From: Heterodontus francisci
Lineage: Eukaryota
DNA length: 64,000 nt
Assembly: GCF_036365525.1 (NCBI RefSeq)
Contig: NC_090404.1
Location: 6,262,001 to 6,326,000, forward strand
Reading direction: 5' to 3'
This document shows positions 1 to 12,090 of this stretch, one piece after another; positions within the stretch are counted from its first letter, which is position 1; the number at the start of each line of letters is the position of its first letter. A program made the position numbers and the translations under genes. Below the pieces are notes generated by a model that saw only the letters and a list, made by a program, of their open reading frames with translations, was not told the DNA's origin and did not search any database.

Positions 1-1110
1 CGTTCGAGCCTCCACAGAGTCGGTTGGGTTGCTGCCAAATATTTTGTGGAGCAGATCAGAATATGAAATTATTCGTTATCTCTTACACAAAAGAAACATT
101 TTAAATTCAATAGTGACAAGTGTGAGGCGATGCATTTTGGCAGAAAGGATACGAGGAGGCAATATATACTTAATGGCGCAGTTCTAAAGCGTGTGCAGGA
201 ACAGAGGGACCTGGGGGCGGTCATAGCCAACACTCTTTGACGGTAGGAGGACATATTGAGAACATGGTTAGTAAAGCACATGGGAAATTTATTTATTTAG
301 AGATACAGCACTGAAACAGGCCCTTCGGCCCACCGAGTCTGTGCCGACCAACAACCACTCATTTATACTAATCCTACATTAATCCCAGAGCACCTGGTGG
401 AAGCCCATGCAGTCACAGAGAGAACTTGCAAACTCTGCACAGGCAGTACCCAGAACTGAACCTGGCTCGCTGGAGCTGTGAGGCTGCAGTACTAACCACT
501 GTGCAGAGATAGCGAATGCACAAGCAGGGAAGCTATGCTGAACCTTTATGAAGCACTGGTTAGGCCCCAACTGGAGTGTTGCGTCACTCCACTTCAGGAA
601 AGATGTGAGGCTCCTTGAGAGGGTGCAGAGGAGATTTACCATAATGGTTCCAGAGATGGGGGATTTTAGATACAAGGTTAGGTTGGAGAAACTGGGGTTG
701 TTCTCCTTAAAGCAAAGGAGATTGAGGAGAGATTTCATAGACGTGTACAAGATTATGACAGGCTGAGATGAGTTAGACAAGCCAAAACTGTTTCCATTAA
801 CTGAAGGTACAAGGACTAATGGACACAGATTGAAGGTTTTGAGCAAGAGATGCGGGGAAGTATGAGGGGAAAAATTACACAGTAGGTGGTAATGGCCTGG
901 AACACGCTGCCCACGAGGGTGGTGGAAGCGGAGACAATCAATGAATTCAAAAGGAAATTGGGTGGCCACTTGAATGAAATTAACTTACAGGGCTCCGGAG
1001 ATCGAGCAGGAGAGTGGGACTGACTGGGTAGCTCCAGGGAGATCCTGGATGGGATGGACCGAATGGCCTCCTTCTGTGCCGTGCACAATTCTATGACTCT
1101 ATATATGACT
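1..1110 (+). mobile_element. CR1-type LINE 3' fragment (RT C-terminus and 3' tail), interrupted by a SINE
   Basis: ORF 548-766 'LERVQRRFTIMVPEMGDFRYKVRLEKLGLFSL..RRLRRD' is the typical CR1 ORF2 C-terminus; tail 'attctatgactctatatatgact' near 1088-1110. Confidence 0.85.
287..503 (-). mobile_element. Partial tRNA-derived V-SINE (HE1-like)
   Basis: Near-identical to parts of the SINE copies at 7372-7690 and 62499-62846. Confidence 0.75.
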
Positions 1111-2056
1111 TTTGGAAAAGTCCATGCTCCTAATATTATAAAAGAGAAGACCATTAAATTATTCCACAGGCTATTTAATTAAAATTATTTCCAACTTGAT
1201 AATTCTCGATAGTTCATATGGTTTAATCACTACTGTATGAAGCACAGGGAGAGTGATTTTACTGACCCAATACCCACATTGTAATGAGCCGACTGGGAAT
1301 CGCAAAGTAAATTTAAAAAGTTGAATGGCTTTGATCCTACTGCAATCCTCTTTATGTTTTCAGAGATCTGCACTTCATTTAAGCTAAGGCTCCTTTGTAC
1401 TGATTAACAGCCGTCCACAGTACAGATCAATCTATGCTGGTTTGGATTCGGTAACAGCCCTTATTCTGCCCGGTTACCAATGTGTAGAGAAATGCCCAGT
1501 TGCCATCTGTTTCAGCGGCAGATAAAACATTTAGTCTTGTGATATTGTGGAACATACCTCTATATACTGATATACTGTGCACTTGATAGCAGTGGATGTT
1601 ACACAGTTGGTCGCTATTAAAATTATTTGCAAGGATTTGGATGCCGAGGTTCTGGTTCACCAACTTCTCTTTTAAAAAGGTTGATCTGAAGCCGGCGGGC
1701 CCCACGTTCGTTGGCGTCTCTACAAAATCACTCCTGAATTATCAGCAAGCTGATTTATTGTGCAGTTAATTTTCTGTCTTAGGGCTACAGACCCAAGAGA
1801 GACAACTTCATAATGTGGTTGCTTTCTACTCAGTTACGGACTCAAATCGTGTAGCTATGGTTAGACACAATTAAAATAGAATCACTTCACATAATACCAT
1901 TTAGTTCAAAACATGCATTGCTTTTAAAACATATTTCCAAATAACTAACCCTGGATACAGATTAAAAAGCTCACATTTAACAAAACAACAGTGTAATGAT
2001 ATGAGTCCATTCTGTTGGTGCCGTGGAAGGTGGGACTTGGATCCAGTATCAGGAAT

Positions 2057-2103
2057 CAATAGGCGGAGCCTGTAACCTCGCCCCCTTCTGCCGGGTATTT
2101 AAA
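2057..2103 (+). promoter_or_regulatory. IgH promoter core (CAAT, GC-rich motif, TATA-like TATTTAAA)
   Basis: 'tcaataggcggag' near 2057 and TATTTAAA at 2096-2103, about 90 bp upstream of the leader ATG; no Ig octamer seen. Confidence 0.5.
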
Positions 2104-2194
2104 TGCCTGTCACTGGGACCGCAATACAACAGCTTGGGAGCGGGTTTGCTCAGTGAGTTTTTACCAGAACAATTTTCCCCGAATTGCCAGAAGG

Positions 2195-2240
2195 ATGAGG
2201 TCGGCGATTTCTCTCAGTCTGTTACTGGTTTTCTTATCCC
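2195..2240 (+). CDS. IGHM: IgM heavy chain leader exon (MRSAISLSLLLVFLS)
   Basis: ATG 2195, hydrophobic signal peptide, phase-1 donor GTGAGT at 2241. Confidence 0.93.
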
Positions 2241-2369
2241 GTGAGTAGTTTTTATTGTCCGAGTCTCTCACTGTTACGTCTCAGTGTTAGTCTCTCTCTT
2301 TCGGATGACGCAGAGCCGGGAATCATTTCACCAGGATTAATCCTAGGGTTTCTATGTATATTTTTGTAG

Positions 2370-2732
2370 GCGTCCAGTCAGGTGTCGTTCTGACTCAGCC
2401 GGAGGCAAAGATAAGGAGTGCCGGAAGCTCTCTGAGACTGACATGCAAAACCGGAGGGTTCGATCTTAGTGCCCACGGCTTGCACTGGATCCGACAGTTT
2501 CAAGGGCATGGGCCTGAGTGGCTGGTTCACTATCACCTTTTATCAAACAAAAACTATGCCCGAGGGATTGCAAATCGATTTGCTGCGTCGAAAGATTTTG
2601 CAAAAGACCTCTTTCATTTGGACATGAATGACCTGAGGACCGAAGACACCGCTATCTATTACTGTGCAAGAGGGTCTACGGGGTGGGCCCTGGACAACTG
2701 GGGAGATGGGACCATGGTGACGGTTCCTGAGG
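2370..2732 (+). CDS. IGHM: Germline-joined IgH V-D-J exon
   Basis: Acceptor tttttgtAG; open frame ..VLTQPE..LTCKTGGFDLS..WIRQ..EDTAIYYCAR-GSTGWALDN-WGDGTMVTVPE, then G|GTAAG; no RSS between V, D and J. Confidence 0.95.
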
Positions 2733-4639
2733 GTAAGAAACATGAAACTGTTGTGTTTGAGACTCTATTGTATAATTCTGTTTATATTTATAATTAATTC
2801 GATCACCGACTCTTGGGTTAGTTGGATTCTGTATTGTGAATATTTGCAATGTTTCATTTGGTTCTGCGACAAAGAAATGATAAATTCGACCACTTCCCCA
2901 CAACAGGTGTCGTTGAAGGATTCAGACCCGGCTTGTTATGACTTGGTATTTGTCTGCTGGTGAATCTGTGCCTGGGTTACGACAAATACCTAACCGTTGT
3001 TAAACTGTTTGGCCTTTCTACATTGTTTAATTTCCGTGATATTTAATTGTTGGAGATTTTATGATCGAATGTAAAGATGTCTTTGAAAGAAGATAAGACG
3101 CTGCAAACAGAAAGCTTTAGCGGCCAAACTAAATTTAATACATTTTAATGTATTTTGTTTGTGTTAATTTGTGTTACATCTATTAATCTTGCGTTCACGA
3201 ACGCTGCTATCTAAAATCTGAAATGTTATTGTAATTAAGATCTAGATAATTAAAGATATGAAGCCTGAATCATAGTTAAATTAATATAACTGAAATCATT
3301 ATAATGTAGTGACATCATCAATATTCCCAAAATACCCTGTAATACCGATATTAATTTCTTAAACATGGTTCTCCTCTCACAATTCTGCAATAGGCTGGGC
3401 GCAATTAATGTGAGTGGACAATTTTGGAGACAGTTTTTAATTATGCCTGATAATAATTGAATAAGATATTCATTCCTTTGCTCTATTCACCAAGACAAGT
3501 TTAAAAAAAAATATTGCTATCTATTTTACGAGGGTGAATGTAAGATTGTGTTTAAATGTAAATTATATGTGAGTTATAAACTGCAGTTTGTAAATTAACA
3601 CACTTGCCAGGTTATTAAATTGTTACCGTGCAGCCAAAACCATGTTATCCTCAGCAAACTTTCCAAAAATAGAAATTATTATTTCTTTTCAGATAGCAAG
3701 ACTATTATCACCCAACTAATTTTAAAGAGTTTATAAGGTTAAAGTATGAGTTGCAAACATCGCTGAAAGTCAAACAGAATTCTTCAGGTAATAGTTTTTA
3801 TCAAAAACAAAATTAAGGAATGTGAACGGCCCTGACTGGTTGTAAATCTTCTGCTTCATTCTGCTATGTTTCATGGAGTGCAATCGGAGCCACTTAGTTA
3901 AGGAGCTTGTACCTGTGAGACTTGAGAATGTTTGACTTAAGTTCGAGGAGGCGCCTCAGAAGTGTAATCAGTAGCCCAGTTTATGACATTTGAAGGGGCA
4001 GCTCAGAAGGGGCTGACTATAGAAGGAGCTTACACTAGTTTTTAACCCGTGCTGAAACTGCCCTTGGAGTGTGTGAAGTGACAATGTAGAGGCGTTGGAC
4101 TCCTTATATAACCAGTGCTTTACTGACCCGAAGTGTCTGACAGGGCAGTGCAAAGGCAGCTTTGCTCTGCATCCAAGCATTGTTACACGCGACGTTACAC
4201 GACACGGCAGAGGAATGCAGAGGGAGCTTTGTCTCGCAGCGTTCAAGGAAACTCAAATTTGCCTCCAAATAATAAGATGTGATTTCTCCAGACAGATACA
4301 GCAAAATAAATCGTTCCATTGCTCTGATGTAAAACAGCTCATTAACTGATTTTAATCTTTCTGAAATAAAGTATATGCCAATTTAGAATAGATTGACCAT
4401 CATTAACTTATTTGAATTATTGAATGAAATTATCATCATCATTATAAATTCACTTTCAGAACAATCAATTTCGGGAAGTGACTGCAAGTCTGCAGAAAGT
4501 TGCAACTGTTTTAATGTGATGCGCGGCTGCAGGTTAATTTGCAAATTTTCCGACAGTCAAATTACTCAGTAAATACTCTTATTATAGAAGGTTGAAATAG
4601 ATCTGATAGGTGTATTTAAAATTATGATGTGTTCTCTTC

Positions 4640-4980
4640 CAAATCCGTACTCATCTTTGGAACATTGAATGTTTGAATCCTTCCAATCAGGTTTCCATCC
4701 CTGCCATTGTATCAATGCGGTTCTAATCATTAATGGCATCCTATGTAACTGTGACAAAGGTATTCTATCCTTCCTCGTCCTTCTCGAACTGTCTGCAGCC
4801 TTTAGCACGGTTGATCTCGTCATCCTCCTCCAACGCCTCTTCACCGTTGTTACGCTGGGTGGCGCTGCAGTCGCCTAGTTCTCTTATCTATCTAATCGTT
4901 GTCAGACCTGTAATGGCTTCTCTTCCTGCTGCTGCAACTTTACATCTCGTATCCCCCAAGGATCTATCCTTGACACCCTT
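4640..4980 (+). mobile_element. Degenerate L2-clade LINE RT fragment in the J-CH1 intron
   Basis: ORF 4669-4878 'FESFQSGFHPCH...LVLLELSAAFSTVD..LLQRL' resembles the L2 RT motif QSGFR...LDLSAAFDTVD. Confidence 0.7.
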
Positions 4981-5964
4981 GGCTTGAATTTTAGAAACTA
5001 GTTTGTGCAAAAGTTCTGCATTGAATCCTGTGCGCTAATTTATTCTATTTACATTTTAATAGAGATGTCAACCTTTAATTGTAAACTTTATTGTCCTGGG
5101 AACAGAGAAGATTAACATAAGGTCTGATAGATGTGCTGTAAATTTTGAAAGATTTTATAGGACAATTCGGGAAACATATTTTCGCAGGTCGGTGAGTTAA
5201 TATGGAAAGGATACTTATTTAGTCCCAAAAGGAAGAAGGAAAAGGGTACAGATAATTTATTTTACTGAGAGTTGTTCTGGTATGGGATGTTCTTTGACAA
5301 AGAATAAAAAGCATATGAGTTATTGGTATGGGTTCAGGACTAGATGGAGAGATCCTGTCACGCTTAGCACTTTTAAACAATCCTGAACAGGGAGTTCCGT
5401 CGGTGGTGGTATTAAATGTTCTTGAAGAAGTGGAACATTTAGGGCAAGTGGATACCATAGAATTATTTCTTTCTTAATGGAGCCATTCCTACAGGCAGGC
5501 CTCTATCCGTATTGGCTAACATAATGAGGAAGACGGATCAATAAATGAGCGAAGGAGTTAAACAAAACAACACATTTCTAAAGTCTGCAATGAGATAACA
5601 GACCAGATAATCCTTGTCTTTCTAAATGGTATTGAGTAAGAAATATATGCTGACAAATAGAACTGAAATCTCCTCTGATCTACTTCTGTTAAGAAGTTTT
5701 TTAAAAATGACCTAACATGGCCGAGGTTATTATATTTGTAATGTGATAGTGGTCGGCCAAAGAGAGATATATTCCTAACCAGGGGATCTACAGATACTGA
5801 TAATCGAAGCTTGAAATAACTGAAACTCAAACGCAGATGTAGTTTCTAACCTGAAAATTCTGGGATTATTGTATCCTCTGGTCAGTTTTCTATTTTATGA
5901 TTGCTAAATGCGCACGTTACAGATTTACAGAGTCTAACTTGTTCAATTGTCCACTTAGTCCCAG

Positions 5965-6264
5965 TGATACCGTCTCCTCCCACCCTCTACGGCCTTATCT
6001 CTTCATGTGAACAAGCCAACACCGACGGCTCAGTGACTTTCGGCTGTTTGGCGATGGACTACACCCCCCAAATCACCGCCCTTACTTGGAAGAAAGATAA
6101 AGAGCCGATCACCACTGGATTCAACACTTACCCGTCAGTGCTGAACAGGAAGGGAACCTACACCCAGAGCAGCCAGTTAACCATCACCGAGTCAGAGCTG
6201 GGAAGCAGCAAAATCTACTGCGAGGTTCGGCGCGGCGAGTCGGTCTGGATCAAGGAAATGCCAG
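5965..6264 (+). CDS. IGHM: IgM CH1 exon
   Basis: [44 protein letters not shown]; donor G|GTTAGT at 6265; an alternative in-frame acceptor would start the exon at 5959. Confidence 0.93.
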
Positions 6265-6947
6265 GTTAGTGTTGTCAAATACAGGGGGAATTTGTTCAAG
6301 GCAGATAAGTGATGTTCAACTTGTCTGGAGCATTCATTAGACCAGACTTACAGTACAGTGCACAGTGGTGGTCTTCTCATCACACTTCGTATATTGTGTA
6401 TAATTCTGGACGCAATGTCACAAAAAGAATATTGAAGATGGAAAAAATAAATGTTAAGGATGATACCAGAATAGAAGAATTATAACTATCAAGAAAGTTT
6501 GAACAGGTTTGGGATTATGTCTCTCGAAAAGAGGATTAGATGTAAACTAACATGCCTTCAAAATTAATAAAGATTTTGATAGGGTACAGGTAGAGAAAAT
6601 ATTTCTACTTTTGTCCAAAGCTGGAGGTAAGGAATATAGATAATCACTTACAAACCCATTCAGAAAATTCAGGAGAACCGCTTTACCTGGAGAGTGTTTA
6701 GAATGAGGAACGTGCTACCACATTGAAAGCTAAGGTTCATAGCACGGAGGCACTTAAAATACAAGGAATAAATGAATAGGAGGTTACTTTGCTCGGGTGA
6801 AATGAAATAGGGTGCGAGTAGGTTGGTGTGAAGAATAAACACTGGCATCGACCTGTTGGCCCATTGGCCTGTTTTGCCGAATCAATGCAGTTGGTAATCA
6901 TTTTGGTTGCAACAAAATTAATTGCACTAAAATGTATTTTGTTGAAG

Positions 6948-7259
6948 ATCGTGTGGTACATCATCCAACCGTTTTGCTCACCCGGTGTTCCAATGAAGAA
7001 ATCGCAATCAGCCGACATGCAACCGCCGTCTGTTTAATCATCGATTTCCGTCCAAAAGCATTTGAGGTGACTTGGTTGAAGGATGGACAACCCATGGAAT
7101 CGGGCTTCGTCACCTCTCCCGCCTTTGAAGTGAACGGGAACTTCTCGGCGACCAGTCGGCTGACAGTCCCCGCTGGGGAATGGTTCAACAACACGGTCTA
7201 TACCTGCCAGGTCTCCCATCAAGAGGTCACCCAAAGCCGAAACATCATTGGATCTCAGA
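6948..7259 (+). CDS. IGHM: IgM CH2 exon
   Basis: Ig C1-set domain [28 protein letters not shown]; acceptor gaAG 6946-47, donor GTAAGT 7260, phase 1 at both ends. Confidence 0.93.
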
Positions 7260-7371
7260 GTAAGTGACACAACTCTGGGAAGCATATATTATTCTGTGCT
7301 TCAATTCCAATCATAGTTATCGCATTAATAAGAATTACTACAGGGTAAAGAACAATTTCTAATTCCCAGTC

Positions 7372-7690
7372 GGCGGCACAGTGGCGCAGTAGTTAGCACC
7401 GCAGCCTCACAGCTCTGGGTTCGGTTCTGGGTACTGCCTGTGCGGAGCTTGCAAGGTCTCCCTGTGACCGCGTGGGTTTTCACCGGGTGCTCCGGTTTCC
7501 TCCCACAGCCAAAGACTTGCAGGTTGATAGGTAAATTGGCCGTTGCAAATTGCCCCTAATGTAGGAAGGTGGCGGGGATGTGATAGGGAATATGGGATTA
7601 ATGTAGGATTAGTATAAACGGGTGGTTGTTGGTCGGCACAGGCTTGGTGGGCCGAAGGGCCTGTTTTGGTGCTGTATCTCTCTCTCTATG
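7372..7690 (+). mobile_element. tRNA-derived V-SINE (HE1-like)
   Basis: tRNA-like head GGCGGCACAGTGGCGCAGTAGTTAGC, V-domain-like core GCGTGGGTTTTCACCGGGTGCTCCGGTTTCCTCCCAC, CR1-like tail. Confidence 0.8.
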
Positions 7691-7734
7691 ACCCAGTCGT
7701 GCAGTTTCAGCTTCCATCGAATGTAAAAGAGGAT

Positions 7735-8075
7735 AACTCAGAAAGAGTTGCATTGATATAGAGCCTTTCGTGATCGTAGATCATCCGTTGGAGCCAATGA
7801 ACCCCTTTTGAAGTGTAGCCACTGCTGTAATATCGGAAATGAAACAGGTTTACAAGCATAGAGCAGGGTCCAGGAAACAGCAATGTAATATGATCAACAA
7901 TCTGGTTAGTAATACTGGGTGAGCGATAAGTATTGACCAAGGACACCGGGTAAATATTCCATGCTTTTCTTCGAAATCGTGCCATGAAATTTTTAGGCCC
8001 AACGGAAAAGGCAGACGGGGCCTTTGATTTGAACGCAGCATCCGAAATAGGGCGTCTCCGACAATGCAGCACTCA
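7735..8075 (-). mobile_element. Deu-domain SINE relic (SacSINE1/AmnSINE1-like)
   Basis: Reverse complement contains GAGTGCTGCATTGTCGGAGACGCC..TTCGGATG..AGGCCCCGTCTGCC, matching the Deu domain as recalled; related copy at ~34800-34920 (+). Confidence 0.55.
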
Positions 8076-9269
8076 GAAGTTTGTGAATCTTTGGAACTGT
8101 CTATCCTAAAGGGTAGTGGATGCTCAATGGTTTCATTTATTTAAGATTGACATCGCTTGATTTTTGTTTTCTAAGGGAATCGAGGGATATGTGGAAGGCA
8201 CAGGAACTGGGAGTAGAGGTGGAAGATCAGCCATAATCGTATTCAAAGGCGGAGCAAGCTCGAGGCGCCAAAATGGTCCACTCTTGCTCCTTTAAAAAAA
8301 AATATTTTTTAATGTTTCCCTCTGCTGCGAAGTCAGTGTCCTTAATCTCAGGTTTATCCTGAGTTGGCTGATACTATTTGGACTGACAGTACTTGTCTAC
8401 TGCCCGTTACTGGTAATAGGCTGAGGAGCCCGACTTGAAATACCATCTCTATTCAGAGTATCTGTTTCAGTTCTGCTCACCGCATGTCAGAACGATGCAC
8501 AGAGGGGGCGCAGCACGGATTCACCGCAATAATACCAGGATTTAAAATGTTATATTCTGCGGAAAGGTTGCAGAGCCCGGCTTTGTTTTATTTCGAGTGT
8601 GGGAGATTAAGGGCTGATCAAATTTAGGTGCTTCAGATGATTAAACGTGATGGAGAGAGACAGAGAGAGAGAGAGACTGTTTCCTCGAATGGGGAAGGCC
8701 CATCTTAACATTAAAAAAGGCCCCTCATGTCAGGAAGCACTTCTTCAGGAAAAGGGTAGTGGGAGATCTGGTGCCAGAAAATTTTTATCGCCACAAAATC
8801 GCAACTAGACGCCAGAAATTTAACTTTGTTTCCTGTGAGGCCTCAAACTTTGGAGTTAATTTGACACCAACATAATTTACATGAAAAGTTCTTGCCTTGT
8901 AGGCTGAATTATTGTAATCCGTGGAGATGCGTTCGGGAACAAGGATGAGTGTAAAAGCGTAAAGGAATTCGGATTGACATAATTGCATACTTAACACAAT
9001 TGCCCCCGGAATTACTCACTTTGTATGCCAGACCTTTGTTTCTCATCCAATTATTTGTATCTCTGGGTTAAAAAAAACTGAGAAAATGTTTAAGAGACCC
9101 CCGGATTGGTTACAAATAGTTAGCTTTCAAATAACGATGATGTTGAAGTAATAGCAAGATGTTATCTCTGAGTTGCTTATGATTTATATCCTTGAGAGAG
9201 TAGAAACTGTATACTGCTGTCCTTATTATGAAGATGAAGCTTTGGTTGACTCTCAGTTCTGTTTCACAG

Positions 9270-9578
9270 ATCGTTCTCCGTGCAATGATCCAGTAATTAA
9301 ACTACTGCCACCATCAATAGAACAGGTCTTACTGGAGGCGACGGTGACCTTAACCTGCGTCGTGTCTAATGCTCCTTATGGCGTCAACCTGTCCTGGACA
9401 CAAGAAAAGAAGCCTTTGAAATCAGAGATTGCCGTCCAACCCGGAGAGGATCCCGACAGTGTGATCAGCACCGTAGACATCTCGACACAAGCCTGGCTGA
9501 GTGGGGCTGTGTTCTACTGTGTGGTGAGCCATCAGGATCTGCCGACTCCTCTCAGAGATTCCATCCACAAGGAAGAAG
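9270..9578 (+). CDS. IGHM: IgM CH3 exon
   Basis: [61 protein letters not shown]; acceptor cacAG, donor G|GTGAG at 9579. Confidence 0.95.
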
Positions 9579-10382
9579 GTGAGCGTTGAGATTGAAGCAA
9601 TAGGTGAGACTCCATGACTATTTCTGGCAATCGTGCAGCGCCAAATCGTCGTAATAACTGTTTAAAACGACTATTCGGATAATTCAATTCCCCGAACCAA
9701 AACCACATAGCTGATGCATATAATGTGAAGCTGGATAAGTACCGAGGGGAAAAGGAATAAAAGGATATACTGATATACTGTTGGCGTGAGGTTCGTGTAC
9801 ACCATGAAGAGTTGTGTAGAAAACTAAACACTGTTCTGGCCACCATATCACATGTAGAGGACAGGGTATGTCATAAGCTCCCAGAGAAGGATTCCATGTA
9901 CTCTGTTCTGGCCTGGAAAATCGAGCAGGCCTCTGAGGGAACAGGGAAAACACGGTTCTCTCACATATAGCCACCGTGTTCATTGCCATATGAGCATAAA
10001 AAGGGAGTAGAAGTAGGCATCAAGTGTGCTCCACCATCCAATAAGACCACAGCCGCATTTCTATATCAAGACAACTTTCTTGCCATATCTTCATGCTCCT
10101 TGATTCGGACCGTGCCCACCAGATTTCAGTCTTGAATATGCTCTTGACTGGGCATCCACAGCTACTTGGGGTAGAGGATTCCAAAGGTTCAACACACTCT
10201 GGATAAAGAATGTTCTTCTATTCTCAGTCCTAAATGGCTGATCCTACATCCTGAGTCTATGAAACCTAGTTACCGAACCCCACCCCACCACCACCCCCCC
10301 CCCCAAAGTCAGGGTAAACGACCTCTCAGCCTCGTCTCTGCAATTCTCCAATTTATTAACATTTATTTTAATTTTTCTGCAG

Positions 10383-10774
10383 TTAAAGATATGCGAGAAC
10401 CCTCCGTGTCTGTCCTCTTGCCCCCTGCAGAAGAAGTTTCCACTCAGAGTTCCCTCTCCCTCACCTGCTTAGTGAGAGGTTTCTCCCCCCGAGAGATCTT
10501 CGTCAAGTGGACCGTCAGTGACAAGTCGGTGAATCCGGGCAACTACAAGAACACCGAGGTGATGGCGGAGAACGACAAGAGCTCCTTCTTCATGTACAGC
10601 CTGTTATCCATTGCAGTGGAGGAGTGGGCCAGCGGCGCTTCTTACTCCTGTGTGGTGGGACATGAAGCGATCCCCTTGAAGATCATCAACAGAACGGTTA
10701 ATAAATCCAGCGGTAACCCGAGTTTAGCAAAATTTCCCCTTGCATTGACGGACACCCTCCATGTTCCTCAATGA
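10383..10774 (+). CDS. IGHM: IgM CH4 exon plus secretory tailpiece
   Basis: [51 protein letters not shown]|[20 protein letters not shown]; internal membrane-form donor G|GTAACC at 10713. Confidence 0.95.
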
Positions 10775-10802
10775 GAATCTGTCAGTTGCATTTCAGTTCT
10801 TA

Positions 10803-10818
10803 AATAAAAACCAATAAA
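10803..10818 (+). terminator. Secretory-form poly(A) signals
   Basis: AATAAA at 10803 and 10813, about 30-45 bp after the stop codon. Confidence 0.75.
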
Positions 10819-10864
10819 GGCTTTTTCTTCCAAACGTGAGTTAAACACACATCCTCTTATTAAT

Positions 10865-11155
10865 AAATTCAATTAATAAAAATCTGGAATTGAAAGCTAG
10901 CCTCAATAATGGTGCCATGAAACTAACATCAATCGTTGTAAAAGCCCACCTGGTTCACTGATGTCTTTTCAGGAAGCAAATCTGCCGGCCTTACCTGGTC
11001 TGGCCTACATGTAAGTCCAGAGCCACAGCTCTTGACTCTTAACTGCCCTCTGAAGCAGCCTAGCATGCCTCTCATTTGTTAAAGGCAATTAGGGATGGGC
11101 AACAAATGCTGGGCTTGCCAGTGATGTCCACATCCAATGAAAGAATAAAAAAAAA
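10865..11155 (+). mobile_element. SINE with L2-type 3' tail (other copies ~23490-23860 on -, ~33190-33600 on +)
   Basis: Three dispersed near-identical copies ('aaaatctggaattgaaagctag..ccttacctggtctggcctac..gccagtgatg'); tail shared with LINE ends near 36430 and 54500. Confidence 0.7.
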
Positions 11156-11569
11156 ATCAAATTTTTGCCTAGAGGAGGGGTCTTCATCCGAAATAGGTTA
11201 TTTGGCGGTCCCACACGCAAGGCTAGTATTATAACATTTATTCCCAACTCTGATGCATCACTGAAACTCCGGCTTTACAGAATTCCTCACAGTAAGTTCG
11301 GCAACTTTTCTCCCCATGTGTAGCATCAAAATATTTACAAATGCAACTCTTTTAGAACTTGGTGTCCTTGCTCCACGAGTTGTCCATCCATTCAGAATTG
11401 GGCCCAGATTTACACTTCAACATCGCGCTCACTGGAAAACTAAAGTGAGAGCCATATATCAAATAATTTTACTTTAACACCCTTCATTCGATAGGTGGAC
11501 CTTTGGGTAGTCATGTGCGGCTTTAAACTCAGAACATTGACGTGAAAGGGCGGCTATTTACCCAAAGCT

Positions 11570-12090
11570 GCACCTCCCCCATAATAAAGAGGGGAAGTCC
11601 AATTGTTAATCCACTGTACTCCCCCAATCGAAGAGATGAGAAAGGGAATTGTTAACCCACCGTACCTCCATTGCCCCAACCAGAGACAGAAGAAAGGACA
11701 GATCTTAGCCCATTAAACACCCACTCCCCCAACCAGAATTAAAAAGGTCAAAGCTTAACTCATTGTACCCCAACTAACCCATTAGAGAGAGACAGAGAGA
11801 GGAAAAGGCAGTACTTAACCTACTGTACATGATAATCCCTAACCAGATAAAAAGAAAAAAGCAATTGTAACCCATTGTACTTACCACTCACCCCCCCAAC
11901 TATCCCATAGACAGAGCTAAAGGAAAATTGTTAAAACCACTGTACCTCCCACTTGCCCAGCAGAAAGAGGTGAAAGGGAAAATGTTAACCCTCTGTGCAC
12001 TTACTACCCTCCCCGCCTCCCATAGAGGGTGAAAAGGATAAATGTTAACCCACTGTACCCCCACTCCAGTGGCAGAAAGAGAGGAGGTGA
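11570..12090. repeat. Degenerate ~50-60 bp tandem repeat (about 9 units)
   Basis: Recurring core (T)GTTAACCCACTGTACC(T)CCC followed by purine-rich AGAG/AAAGG tracts. Confidence 0.7.

Noticed and set aside
2660-2666. Cryptic heptamer TACTGTG in FR3 as a V-replacement target
   Set aside because: Present in nearly all VH genes because it encodes YC; no convincing nonamer
3308-4550. J-C intronic enhancer (AGTGACATCA at 3308, GGAAGTG near 4474, ATTTGCAA near 4537)
   Set aside because: Motifs are scattered or imperfect and expected by chance in 3 kb; no comparative support available
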